Below the pieces are notes generated by a model. It saw nothing but the letters and a program-made list of their open reading frames with translations, was not told where the DNA came from and searched no databases. A stretch of 62,940 nt of DNA, filler included, from Octopus bimaculoides (lineage: Eukaryota), in NCBI RefSeq assembly GCF_001194135.2. It is 7 parts of 7 records of this genome, joined end to end, with 100 filler letters (N's around TTAATTAATTAA, not from the genome) between each part and the next. Parts side by side here need not be neighbours in the genome. Positions count along the whole stretch, not along the records: positions 27,492 to 44,831 come from NC_068990.1; positions 44,932 to 48,100 come from NC_069001.1; positions 48,201 to 59,087 come from NC_068981.1; 4 more parts are not named here. One strand, written 5' to 3'. Positions 37,732 to 50,605 of this stretch are shown here, piece by piece. A program made the position numbers and the translations under genes. Numbering within the stretch: the first letter of the stretch is position 1; each line of letters begins with the position of its first letter.

Positions 37732-38619
37732 NNNNNNNNNNNNNNNNNNNNNNNNNNNNNNNNNNNNNNNNNNNNNNNNNNNNNNNNNNNNNNNNNNNNN
37801 NNNNNNNNNNNNNNNNNNNNNNNNNNNNNNNNNNNNNNNNNNNNNNNNNNNNNNNNNNNNNNNNNNNNNNNNNNNNNNNNNNNNNNNNNNNNNNNNNNNN
37901 NNNNNNNNNNNNNNNNNNNNNNNNNNNNNNNNNNNNNNNNNNNNNNNNNNNNNNNNNNNNNNNNNNNNNNNNNNNNNNNNNNNNNNNNNNNNNNNNNNNN
38001 NNNNNNNNNNNNNNNNNNNNNNNNNNNNNNNNNNNNNNNNNNNNNNNNNNNNNTATGTATATATATATATGTATATATATGACCCCGTAACTATGTGATT
38101 GGGAAGAAGCAAATCTCTTATCACACAACCACGCCTGCACTTATATATATATATGTATGTACAGAGAGAGAGTGTGTGTGTGTGTGTGCGCGTATGTGTA
38201 CGTGTGTGCGTGCGTGCGGGCATGCGTGTGTGCGGGCATGCGTGCGTGCGGGTATGCGTGCGTGTGGATGCGCGCGCACGAGTGTGTGTGAATTAACATA
38301 TATACCTAATCTTCAGGTATATTTAGAGGTATGAAATATTGTTAATAGCTCAAATTCACTTACAACATCTCACATAAACCTAAAAAGATCACAAGCCAAC
38401 TAATCTTACTTTCAAGGTCAATTTTGTTATCAAAATCGGAAATAGGAAGAATAAGAAATAAAATTAATCGACTGCCTTATCCCAGAACTTTAAAGGAAAA
38501 TAGAACTCAGATTCTGATCAAACTCTTCCTAAGTAATCGATTGGCTTAGAAAGTTAAACAATGAAGTACTTACTAAACTCTTACAAATAGATATCTCTGA
38601 CGGTTACTCTTCTGTTTTT

Positions 38620-38825
38620 TCTTTTACTCTAGGTACAAGGCCCTAAATGTTTGGGAAGGGGACCAGTCGCTTAGATCGACCTCAGTACGAAACTGGTTCT
38701 TAATTTATCGACCCCGAAAGGATGAAAGGTAAAGCCGACCTCGGCGGAATTTGAACTCAGAACATAAAGACAGACGAAATACCGCTAAGCATTTCGCCCG
38801 GCGTGCTAACGTTTCTGCCAACTCA
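38620..38825 (-). mobile_element. SINE family A
   Basis: TTTATCGACCCCGAAAGGATGAAAGGTAAAGCCGACCTCGGCGGAATTTGAACTCAGAAC...GTTTCTGCCA. Confidence 0.92.
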
Positions 38826-38879
38826 GCAAAGCTCTTATTTTAGCATAGCAATGAAGAATCCTCACTATCACGACAAGGC

Positions 38880-40380
38880 ATCGATAAAATATTAGTGATT
38901 AAGAAAATGATTATTGAATTTAAGGATAATACTGAACTATAAAAGATAGACTTAACAACTTTGATATAACCATAAGTCACTGATCAAATTGTTTTTTTAC
39001 ACCGTATCAAAAGGGAGTTTTCGGAGATGGAGGTCTTTATAAATCGACGCTCTGTTCACTTTTTATAAACATAGTAATACAGTCCTAGAGAGAAATAAAG
39101 AAAAAAACTTGGAAAGTCTTTTAAGTTTGAGAACTTACTATTTCTTTAGAACAGAACGATTAAATAACGAGCTTTCTGGAAATAACATTGGAGCTTGGTA
39201 ATGGATTTTATCGTCCTTTCCACAATCCTAATGAAAACTTACAATACGTAAATGAAATCTCCAACCATCCCAGAGCTGTGATCAAAACTATCATTAGTAA
39301 AGTTTCATTTGGAATATCTAAGCTATCAGCTAATGAGATTTTCTTATAGAATAGGGAATATTATAATACCGCTTCAGCTCGGGCAAGATATATGAGAATA
39401 TCTTATATATTTCCAAAGGAGATATAGAGAAAATACTTAAGGGCAGTGGACTACATTCACAAAAGATATATGTGAGAAACATCATGATAATATAAACTAA
39501 TATTATCATAATTAATATGGCAATAGGATTGCTTATAACATTGATAGTGGTAGAAAGAATAAGAAAAAACTGTCCTCATAACAAGTTATAGCAATTACCT
39601 CCTAATTAAAACAATGAACTGTTTAAATAATTGCATTGTTTCTTGTGAACTCCCTGGTAAATATCTGGATAATTCGGAGATTGGACCCTAATTAGGAATA
39701 CACAGAAAAGGACTAAGCATAGTAATAAGGATTTTAACTCTGAGAAGAGTCGTAATACTTCATACGACCGTGAAGGAATTAATATACATACAAACAACTA
39801 TGCCAATATAAATTATGGAAAAATTTATAGAGCTAAATTACGTGATATTTCTATATTACAAGATATGATGCTTCTTACCGAATTCAGGTCGCCACGGGCA
39901 TCCCAGGAATCTCTTTTAAGGTGTTAGATAAATATTCCCCCTCTGGCAGATATAGTAAGATACTCAATAGACATACATGAAGTTTACATATTCCACTACA
40001 CCTAATTTAGCAGATACTAGAACAGTTTTTAACAGTAAGAAACTGAATACTATTAAAAATAGCGAACCTATATGTATTTATTTAGTCTGTATTGACCATT
40101 TTCGCTTTGTTACAAATAATACACATATGCCATGTACAAAAAAAATATTGATGACAATAATACAATATATTGTCTTAGAAAGAACATTGAAACTAACGGA
40201 ATATATAAGGCTTCTTATGGTTACATACGTAATAGAATGTGCAACTTCAGAGACCGTCATAAATACTCTTTAAATAACCAATGTCTGAGGAATAATTTGA
40301 TATATAAGCGCTTTGCCAAAATACCTGATAATTTTCTTTCTTACAGGAACTACTGCTTCCACATTCAAAATGAATGTGGA
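38880..40380 (+). pseudogene. Decayed Penelope-like element (RT thumb, linker, GIY-YIG start)
   Basis: GFYRPFHNPNENLQYVNEISNHPRAVIKTI...ISKLSANE; KVLDKY...KILNRHT..KFTYSTTPNL; CNFRDRHKYSLNNQCLRNNLIYK. Confidence 0.82.
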
Positions 40381-40779
40381 AGAGGGGAACATCTATCGAG
40401 AACTGTTAAGAAAACAACAGCTCATATCAAGGCTATAGATTTTCGTTTGTTTCTATCATCATCGGTATTCTGGGTTACGTAACAACTTTGCTTCTCCAAA
40501 ATGGAACAGAGCAGACTGATTCGCATTCTCCAGATACAGAGAAACGATGAACAGTGATTTTCCATTTGAGGTTCTTGGAGGAACATATATACACAATCGC
40601 AAATATAAATGAAACATATACGCACATATAAACATAATAATGAAACACACGCAAGTATTCTATCATGACACAACCGCGAGAGCAAGTTTATCCACACGTA
40701 TATACATATGCACAACACATACGCACACACACATACACAAATACACGCGCACGTACACACAAATATCCATATATCAAGC

Positions 40780-40930
40780 AGTTCAAATAACCGCAATCCC
40801 CATGACCTGTCTTGAAAAGAGCCATTTTGTTAGGGACTGGCTTGAATTATGGACAGGAAAAAGTAAAACTAAAGCTAAATCTTAAAGAAAACATACATAC
40901 ATACATACATACATACATACATACATACAT
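40780..40930 (+). mobile_element. RLE LINE extreme 3' end with (ACAT)n tail
   Basis: LEKS/RAILLGTG-type C-terminal motif followed by about ten ACAT units. Confidence 0.55.
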
Positions 40931-41443
40931 AGACCTGACAGTAATTTGGGATAGAGAAACGAAACTGTGTACAGTTGGGGAAATCAGCTGCCCAGCAGAT
41001 GTTAATATAAAGCTAAAGATCAGCGAAAAAGAAAATACCTATGGTGAACTATTGAGGAATCTACAGCTACTTTATCCAGATTGGGGCACTGGGATATGTA
41101 ACGCACTGCCTAAATACCAATCTTGAGAAATTAGTCTCCTCTAAACCAGAAAGGAGAAAGCTCATTCGAAGACTACAGATCCAAGTCATCACTGGAACTG
41201 TAAAAATTTGTAAAACTTTCCAGAAGTTTATCATTTAAGTATATATGAATATGTCTAGACATGCAACTATATGCATGAGAATATATACATAGAAGAAAAC
41301 ATACAAATCTGCACATGTACATACATACAAAAATACCCTGTTGATGTTGAAATTCTAATGAAAGCACCTTGGATCTAGGTTAGAAACGGCTCTTTCTCTA
41401 TTGGCAAGAAACCTTGAAATAAAAGTGAATAATGACATACATA
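40931..41443 (+). mobile_element. 5'-truncated RLE LINE (endonuclease end plus 3' UTR, ACAT tail)
   Basis: DLTVIWDRETKLCTVGEISCPADVNIKLKISEKENTYGELLRNLQLLYPD; GTVKICKTFQKF. Confidence 0.85.
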
Positions 41444-41614
41444 AAAATATTTGTCAAACATCAAAACATCAGGTTGGATATTGTTGATTAGGAGAGACAA
41501 GAAAAAGTATGTACTGTCATAGAGGTCAGTTGTACTGCTGATGTAAATATCTCTTTGAAAATCAAAGAAAAAGAAGATAACTATGGACAGCTGCTTCGAA
41601 ACCTTCAGCTTCTA

Positions 41615-42893
41615 TCAGGTCATCCCATAAGTTCTGTCCGATTTTACCTTTTTTAAAATTGAATGAAATTTAATAATATTTTAGAATGTCTAATGGAATT
41701 AAAAATTATTTTTATGTATTTGTGTACATTTAAACTAATTATTTTACAGAATAATAGAATTAAAATTTCTTTGGTTAAAACCCTTTCTAACATGGAAGTA
41801 TCCAAAGAGCATTTGAGGCACATAATGCTTTATGAGTACAAAAATGGAAACTCTGCAGCCGAAGCCACTCGATACATAGACTCAGTTTATGGGAAAGAAT
41901 GCTTGAATGAAAGAACTTGCAGAAGATGGTTTGCAAAATTCAGAAGTGGAGATTTCAGCCTTGAAGATGAAGATCGAACAGAACGTCCAGTTGAGTTTGA
42001 TGATAAGCTCCTTGAGGCATTACTTGAAGAAAATCCTGCATTATCAGTTGAAGAACTGGCAGTAAATCTTAATTCAAACCATACAACCGTTCATCGTCAT
42101 CTTCAACAACTTGGAAAGGTTCCTAAACTTGCAAAATGGGTGCTTCATGAATTGTCCGAAAGCAACCGCTAATCCCGAGTTGACATCTGCTCTTCTCTCC
42201 ATTCTCGCGAACTCATTTCACCCTTTTTGGATAGACTTGTGACTAGTGACGAAAAATGGATCTTCTATCGAAATTTTAAACGTCGTAAACAGTGACTTGG
42301 TAAAAGGGAAAACGCTCAACCACAACCGAGAAGGGAATTTCATGGGGAAAATGTTCTTCTCTCTATCTGGTGGGATTGCAAAGGAGTAATTCACTTTGAA
42401 TTGTTACCACCTAATGCAACAATCAGTGCTCAAGTCTACTGTCAGCAATTAGAGTGTTTGAACCAAGCTTTGAAGAAAAAAAGACCCACTTTAGTGAATT
42501 GAAAAGGAGTGATGTTTCATCAGGACAATGCGCGACGCCACACTGCAAAGATCACATCACAGAAGATCGAAGAGCTTGGTTGGGAAAAATTCCTTATCCA
42601 CCTTATTCTCCCGACCTTGCTCCTTCAAACTACCATTTGTTTCGTAGTTTACAGAATCATTTTGGGACATAAATTCCACAAGCCAGGAGGAGGTCGAAAC
42701 TGACATTTCAGAGTTCTTCGCTTTGAAACCAAAAGAGTTTTACATTGATGGGCTTAAAAAGTTTGTAAATAGATGGAAGGAAGTCATAGATAATCAGGGA
42801 AAGTACATTGATGATTATATTTCCATTAAATACAACATTTGATCACTTGTTTTCTTTATTCAAAATTCGGACAGAACTTATGGAATGACCTGA
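41615..42893 (+). mobile_element. Full-length mariner (DD34D) transposon, 1279 bp
   Basis: 27-bp TIRs TCAGGTCAT(C/T)CCATAAGTTCTGTCCGA with one mismatch; TA duplicated at 41613-14 and 42894-95. Confidence 0.97.
41792..42818 (+). pseudogene. Mariner transposase pseudogene
   Basis: WFAKFRSGDFSLED, WVLHEL (WVPHEL variant), VTSDEKW, HQDNARRH, PYSPDLAPSNYHLF; several stops and frameshifts. Confidence 0.95.
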
Positions 42894-43785
42894 TATAATC
42901 CAGATTATAAATTCACATTTATACCAATAATGATTGGTGTACTTAGTTCTGTGAGTAAATGTCTAAGTGACAATCTGGGTAATCTAGAGTTTACAGAAAA
43001 AGAAATTAACCAACTCGCATATTACAAATACAAGCTGAGAATGTAATAGTAAAAATATGCAAGAATTTTCTCAAGTTTAAAATGTGACATCGTTTTTGTC
43101 ATCTACATTTTAATGATGGAATTTTGTATCTTTGTTAGAAACCAGCTCCTTCCTCAGAGAAAGAATTTAAATAGTTAAAAACAAAAGAGAACATACATAT
43201 ATACATACATACATACATTTTTTAGATTGACAGACAGGCAGATAGAGAGACGGCGAAGAAAAAGGGTAGAAATAGTGACAAAGAAAGAGGCGTAGAAGGC
43301 TAAGACGTATAAAAAGAATGCGAAGTCATTACACTGAAAAACAAATTCCGAAATAACAGAGACAAGGAATTGTTTAAAATGACTGAGAAGTTATGAAAGC
43401 GAAATATTTTTTCCGTTTTGTGTCTTCTTATCTCGTCTAATTTTGCAGAGTCGTTTGTTTTCATCCTTTTGTTGAGTTTTATTTTCAACTAGCAGTAATA
43501 ACCGTCGTTAATCGGGTAGTTACTTTTACTTTTTCTCGGGAACCACATTCAAAGTGTTATTATATAGAGAGATTTACTCCTCCTGTATGTGTGTATTTTA
43601 TAAGAAAAAGACATGTAATAATTGAAATAGANNNNNNNNNNTTTTATAAGAAAAAGACATGTAATAATTGAAATAGAAAAATGATCAATTGCATACACGA
43701 ACATCTGTTTGTTTATTATACGACAATAATAAGTGAGTTGTACGTGTTATTTTATATATCAATACAGTAATGGTAATTATATGGT

Positions 43786-43910
43786 ACACAAGGCTTTGGT
43801 CAGCACGGAGCTGTAATGAAAGAGAATTGCCCAACGTGCCGCACAGTGGGACTAAACTCAAGGCGATATGGTTGGAAAGCAAGCTTCTAAACCACACAGC
43901 CACGCCTATA
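43786..43910 (-). mobile_element. SINE family B, 5' half, diverged
   Basis: CACAAGGCTTTGGTC...TTGCCCAACGTGCCGCACAGTGGGACT...AAGCAAGCTTCT..CCACACAGCCAC. Confidence 0.8.
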
Positions 43911-44044
43911 AAGGAGAGATATATTTTGGATAATATACTCCTTGATACAATATGCTTAACAAAAAGATGGGATGTTTACGGCGATAAGACCTTTGATTTT
44001 GATATTTACTCGAGCAACGCAACAACTAACAACACTACACTATA

Positions 44045-44700
44045 CAGGGTGTTCCAGAATTAACTATCTGTTTCAATGAAATTGACAGAGTTGTATGTTT
44101 ATTACCAAAACGAATAGATTTATAAATCTTACGTCAAACTTTTATTGAAATTTTTCAATGTCTGTATCCCTGCATACTTCAAATCTCTCTTTAGCGTTGT
44201 GAAACACATTTTGAAGCATTTCAGGAGTTAGTTCCTGCACTGCTAACAGAATGTGTTCTTTAAGCTCAGCTAAATGATTGCTCCATCTTGGGGATGGAGG
44301 TAAAGAAAAGGATTGCTGCCAAATTGAAGAAAAGCTGTCATGAACAAATAAGAGGGTCCAACGGGAATGACAACAATATTATAAACAAAATTCAAAATTT
44401 ATACATCCGGTTTCACTCAAACCATCATTAATTCTGGGGAGGAACACAAGTGGGGGACTAATTGCAGGTGGTGAGGGTAGCTTCCGGAAGTGGTCACGTG
44501 GTCAAACTCAAATGGCAGTGAATCACAACAGCAGTTTATTTTTTTGTATGAACATTTTGCATTATATAGTTCAGACATGGATGACATAGAAAGCAGACAT
44601 GCTTCCGGGCCATGTTGCGTTGTGCAGGATTGGAAATGTGAAACATCAACAGGGCATTTCTGGAGAATGGATGAATGGATATTTTGTGCCTTTACCCATC
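44045..44700 (-). mobile_element. Decayed Tc1/mariner transposase with 3' TIR
   Basis: TA|CAGGGTGTTCCAG end; minus strand LAELKEHILLAVQELTPEMLQNVFHNAKERFEVC is a typical DDD transposase C-terminus. Confidence 0.65.
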
Positions 44701-44931
44701 CACACACACACACACACACACACACATGGCCTGGTGGTACGCGGGATGGTGACATGAAGCATCAACGGAGTGCCGACAAAAATTTTAATGTTCTTCTCAT
44801 TTCCTCAGTCAAATTGGACAAAAAGGTTTTCNNNNNNNNNNNNNNNNNNNNNNNNNNNNNNNNNNNNNNNNNNNNTTAATTAATTAANNNNNNNNNNNNN
44901 NNNNNNNNNNNNNNNNNNNNNNNNNNNNNNN

Positions 44932-44968
<37 letters not shown>

Positions 44969-45278
44969 ACTCCGAAGAACAGAAATGAGATCGAGTGAGA
45001 CCGCAATGACACCAGCAATAACAACAAAAACAAAACAAAACGATAAAAAAAAAACGACAACAGTGAGTAAACAACAAGGAACAACAATGATGATGAAAAG
45101 ATTAATAATCATGAAAGCTGATATTATTTGGCGTATGACCGGCACGTGTGTAATAATGTGATATTTTCATTGTCCTACTCAACGCCGCCATTTTAAATAT
45201 ATACATAATATATATATATATAAGTATATATACGAATGTATGCATGCATGCATGCATGCATGTATGTATGCATATATT

Positions 45279-45312
<34 letters not shown>

Positions 45313-45516
45313 TGTATGTATGTATATGCAGGCGTATTGTTTTTACTGCTCCTCTCAAACCAAGCAATAATATCATGGCAGGCACCATTAAGCGGCCATT
45401 TTGCTTATTTTATTTGCTATTGTTGTTTGTGCTCATTTTTTACAAGACGTGTTAAGGGAGGCCGGTTATAGCGTACGTATGTATCTACATATGTGTGCCT
45501 GACTATACATACATAC

Positions 45517-45548
<32 letters not shown>

Positions 45549-45704
45549 ATAATATGAAAGGGTGTGGTGAAACTGGACAGTCCTACCACTAATGCCGCCA
45601 TCATTGCTGCACCAGCAACAACAACAACAACAACAACGTCATCAATACACAAACTGCTAAATATACGCCATATAATAACATAANNNNNNNNNNNNNNNNN
45701 NNNN

Positions 45705-45789
<85 letters not shown>

Positions 45790-46670
45790 ATAATATGAAA
45801 GGGTGTGGTGAAACTGGACAGTCCTACCACTAATGCCGCCATCATTGCTGCACCAGCAACAACAACAACAACAACAACGTCATCAATACACAAACTGCTA
45901 AATATACGCCATATAATAACATAAGATAACGTAGCCCAACATACTTCGAACTTCGAAATGGTCATGGCTGGAGCGACCTCAGATATAGGACTGCTTGGTT
46001 AGGGCTGATCTGGACCAAATTTTAGACACGATCCATTGTTTGTTCATTTGTTTCAATTTGAACATGACCATCACCGTTTGCCCAATGACAGAACGTCTTG
46101 GCCTAATAAAACAGATTGTATGTAATCACCCGTCTTGCTAGAAAAGGTAACCAAATCCCATTCAAATTATACTTTGTCCTAAAAATTTGGAAGGACACAT
46201 CGTATAAGGTAAAGTGGGAACGATAAATTCCGTTTGAGAGGATGGTCCAGGTTGGAATGCTTCTGGTTATATGTTTAGTGCATTAAGATTGGATTATATA
46301 TGTGATGACATCTTATCTTTGAGAATAATATGTGGGTTAAAGATGTGCTTAGACCATGTTGGAATGGTAAGGGTATGGAAGTCGCGGTTGGAATGCAATT
46401 TATCATAAATCTCGACCAGAGCTGACCTGGGGCTAAAATAATATAAACTGTCACATAGAACTGGCTGAATTACGCGCGTGCGTGCAGACACGCACACAGG
46501 ACGAAAGACAAACACACACAATATCAAACCCACGCAAGCTTACAAATATTATATATATACACGTACAAAAAGCCAAATATACAATCATATACATACAGAA
46601 ACACACAGAATGCACTCATACACACACACGCACACATACACACACACGCACACACACACAAACACACGCA

Positions 46671-46740
<70 letters not shown>

Positions 46741-47489
46741 TATATATACACGCACACACATATTCTTAAATATACATATATACATAAACATATACATACA
46801 CGTAGAGAAACATTTACGCATACACATATACACAGGTACAGAAACACACACATACACACAAACATATATATATACACACAAACGTACACACTCAGAGAAA
46901 ATGTCAAATTGAAAAATATAGACATAAAATAAATCCATTAAAATTTTGTTTACATATTTCCTGTCATATTGGTTTGTTGTAACAATTATAGTCTCGTTGT
47001 TTTTGCTGTTTAATCCTAGGTGAACCTTGACCTCTAGTAGACCTCTAGAATATCAAAGGTATTCTAGCCGTGGCCATCACTTCTCTTTCTAGGGCAAATG
47101 AAAAAGAAAATGAAAAGGCAAAACAAAGAAACATAATGAAATGTATAGATTTTTTAAAAAGGTTTTACGCTGCAATAAAGAACTAGAAATATCGACGCTT
47201 CAGACAGAAGTCCTTAGATGAAGAAATAGAAACGAGAAAGAAAGGAATAAATATTCTTTCGAAACAATTTACTGAACTTGATGTCACAAAAAACGCACGT
47301 TTCAAAAAAAAAAAATAAATAAATAAAAGAAAGAAAAATTTAAAAAAAAAGGAAAGAACGAATTCTTAAAAATTCACCTTGAGACCTATATGCGAACCTG
47401 GGCCTCCATTAAGAAAGTTTTGTCTCTGACGATCACTACTCCAGGCTAATTTTATTCCAGACGGTCTCCATATTAATAATCGTTTCTTA

Positions 47490-47657
47490 TTTTTATTTTC
47501 TTTATTGCCCACAGGGGCTAAACATAGAGGGGACAAACAAGGACAGACAAACGGATTAAGTCGATTAAGTCGATTATGTCGATTATATCAACCCCAGTGC
47601 GTAACTAGTATTTATTTAATCGACCCCGAAAGGATGAAAGGCAAAGTCGACCTCGGC
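47490..47657 (-). mobile_element. SINE family A, 3' part
   Basis: GCCCACAGGGGCTAAACATAGAGGGGACAAAC...TAATCGACCCCGAAAGGATGAAAGGCAAAGTCGACCTCGGCG. Confidence 0.9.
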
Positions 47658-47950
47658 GTTAGTGCGTGTGTGTGGGTGTATGCGGGTATATATATGTATA
47701 TGTACATATATGTATAGTTTTGGCGAGTATGTGGGTGAGCATGTGTATGTTTCAAGCGAGGGTGGTTTAGTATATACATATAGGCGATTGAACGGATTGG
47801 TGCGCTTACGCGAACACTATAGACTTTTCTACACCATAACCACTACCCCTTCCCCTTACTTAGCGGTCTATAGCTCTTTTGTCTTAATAACAGTCAACCA
47901 CACAGTAATTTCCCTTTGTTTACGGTCATTTTTCACAGGAATTTTCAATG

Positions 47951-48020
47951 GCCGGATAACTGAAGAGATGTTGACGTGGGTTCCCACCCCGGCATCCGAA
48001 ACTCGGAGTTTTATCATGGC
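47951..48020 (+). ncRNA. Type I hammerhead ribozyme (minimal, palindromic stem III)
   Basis: Stem I GATAA/TTATC (extends GCC/GGC); core CTGAAGA; stem II GATGTTG/CGGCATC capped by GTGGG-TT-CCCAC; GAAAC; GTT cleavage triplet at 48008-48010. Confidence 0.8.
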
Positions 48021-48043
48021 TACCGAATAAGTGTCACATATTT

Positions 48044-48079
<36 letters not shown>

Positions 48080-48400
48080 TTGTATTCACGTGTATGTATG
48101 NNNNNNNNNNNNNNNNNNNNNNNNNNNNNNNNNNNNNNNNNNNNTTAATTAATTAANNNNNNNNNNNNNNNNNNNNNNNNNNNNNNNNNNNNNNNNNNNN
48201 AAATAAATAAAAGCAATAAATTGCAGCCCAGCTGAGCAACAAAAACGACTTACCCCGGCGAATTCTTCAATTTTTCCTTCTATAGACAGAGCCGAAAACC
48301 ATGTCTATCTTCGTTCACAGTAAGTAGCCAGTCTGGCGCACATGCGCAGTGAGCAAACCGGAAGTAAGCAAGCTACATACCACACAGTCACTCCTGCGTC

Positions 48401-48440
<40 letters not shown>

Positions 48441-48445
<5 letters not shown>

Positions 48446-48831
48446 TTATGGTAGTTTTGACTTTAAGAGTCCCTCCTAGCGTGAGGCATTTATGTATAGT
48501 AATGCCCTTAATATAAATAAATATATTTATATGGAATAATTAATAAATATTTCCCTTATGAGGTTTTTTCACGCTAATTACTTGATAAATTCTTATAAAG
48601 ATCTTATCCTATATTTAAATTGTAGATATGTATAGTATACACAGAATTTAAATATAGGATAAAATATTTATAGGGATTTATCAAGTAGTTTGCGTGAAAA
48701 AACCTCATAAGTGAAATATTTATTAATTATTCCCTTTAAATATATCTATTTATATATATTAAGAGCATTACTATACATAAATGCCTCACACTAGGAGGGA
48801 CTCTTAAAGTCAAACTACCATAATAAACACA
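48441..48831. repeat. ~390-bp foldback inverted repeat (MITE-like)
   Basis: Arms of about 185 bp, roughly 90% complementary by eye, loop of about 23 nt; arm start repeated again at 48855-48930. Confidence 0.92.
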
Positions 48832-49659
48832 TTGTACAGAACTATATATATATAGTGTTTATTATGGTAGTTTTGACTTTAAGAGTCCCTCCTAGCGTGA
48901 GGCATTTATGTATAGAAATGCCCTTAATATATATATATATANNNNNNNNNNNNNNNNNNNNNNNNNNNNNNNNNNNNNNNNNNNNNNNNNNNNNNNNNNN
49001 NNNNNNNNNNNNNNNNNNNNNNNNNNNNNNNNNNNNNNNNNNNNNNNNNNNNNNNNNNNNNNNNNNNNNNNNNNNNNNNNNNNNNNNNNNNNNNNNNNNN
49101 NNNNNNNNNNNNNNNNNNNNNNNNNNNNNNNNNNNNNNNNNNNNNNNNNNNNNNNNNAATATATAAAATGTTATATTGCCTAGATGATTGTCGGCCTAGA
49201 TTGGGCATGCTAAGCTCAAGGATTTCCCTTACCGTCATCACCACGTTTTGTTTCCAGAAACAGTGTATCTAAGACTACCTTATTCAATGTACCTATCTTT
49301 TTCTTCTTTTTTTCTATTTCGCGATTGGGTATAATTTGCAGAAAGTCTGGCTGCTATTTCCAAGACAAACGATTCCATTGAGACTCCTTCAAGCTTCAGA
49401 TATCACTTTTCTGGGTTTTTTTTTTTTTTGAAAACCGATATAAATGAGGTATTTAAGTGATAATGTTGATGGCAGCAGTGGTGTAAGCGGTTTGTGTAAA
49501 TTTTTATCACTCATTTTGTGCATCTTAAAATTCATCTCACATTACAATTATTCAGATACGCACACCGTATAAAAATAATAGTCAAATTAGTGTTAACAAA
49601 TTTAATGCAAGGAACATATATGCAGTGAATATAAAATGTCAATCATACGTACATGTATG

Positions 49660-50030
49660 GCAGTGTGATTAAGAAACTAACTTTGCAACCACGTGGTTTC
49701 GGGTTCGGTTTCACTGCGTAGCATCTCGGTCAAGTATCTTCTCGTATAGCTCCGGGTCGACCAATGCTGTGTGAACGAATTTGGTAAACGGAAACTATGT
49801 GGAAGCCCATTGCATACATACATACATACATACGTTGTGTTTGTGTCCCCCAGTCATTTCACCCCACCGGTGTGGGTTTGTTTAATTCCCAGTAAATTAG
49901 CGGTTCGGCAAAAGAGGCCGAAAGAGTAAAAATTAAACTTATAAATAAGTACTGGGGTCGTTTCGTTCCAGTAAGACGCTCCAAGATGGCGCTCTAGCCT
50001 GGCCGCAGTCCATTGACTGAAACTAGTTAC
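49660..50030 (+). mobile_element. SINE family B, full length, diverged
   Basis: Head GGCAGTGTGATTAAGAAAC..., middle ATTTGGTAAACGGAAAC, tail TTAGCGGTTCGGCAAAAGAG...GGCCGCAGTCCATTGACTGAAAC. Confidence 0.8.
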
Positions 50031-50605
50031 ATATAAAAGATAATAAATATCATAGACAGTATTATTTTCGTTTTTTAGATATTACAGAGATAACATCGGT
50101 TATATTACCACTTATTTCGATTTAATTAATGAGACACACAAATATATTTTGTCATGTTAGTTTTGTAAAATAACAAAACATCTGACGAGCTTCTCCATAT
50201 CACACACCACACACTGCAACACAACATACCACACAACACCACACCGCACCACACCACCACACCATGCTACACAACACCATCACACCGCAACACAACACAC
50301 AGCACACCACACACAACCATACCACACCACCACACCACATCGCATGACCCTGCACACACCAGCATTGACTACTTCCCAGCACACACTTACACATGCACAC
50401 ACCCACACATCAAGGTCACAAGCCCCTCACCTGAGCGTTAAACTAATACACCCGTTTGTTGTTTACACACCCTGTCTTCGTATTTTGTTTTTTTGTAAAT
50501 TCCAACTATATATATATATATATATATATACATAGGTGAAATCTACAAGATTTTTTTCATTCTCTCTCTGTTTATTGTCTCTTATTCCTTTCCATATATA
50601 TGAAT

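Larger units (their letters stand above)
41444..43218 (+). mobile_element. 5'-truncated RLE LINE interrupted by mariner, ACAT tail
   Basis: Left of mariner: CTVIEVSCTADVNISLKIKEKEDNYGQLLRNLQLL; right: PDYKFTFIPIMIGVL...VKICKNFLKFKM; tail 43191-43218. Confidence 0.85.

Noticed and set aside
7017-45925. Direct duplications across short gaps (7017/7108, 7350/7388, 19245/19294, 43595/43642, 45500/45705)
   Set aside because: Identical sequence either side of N runs indicates unmerged contig overlaps
47939-48030. Terminal-exon-like frame GIFNGRITEEMLTWVPTPASETRSFIMATE*
   Set aside because: Better explained by the overlapping hammerhead structure; no protein similarity recognised
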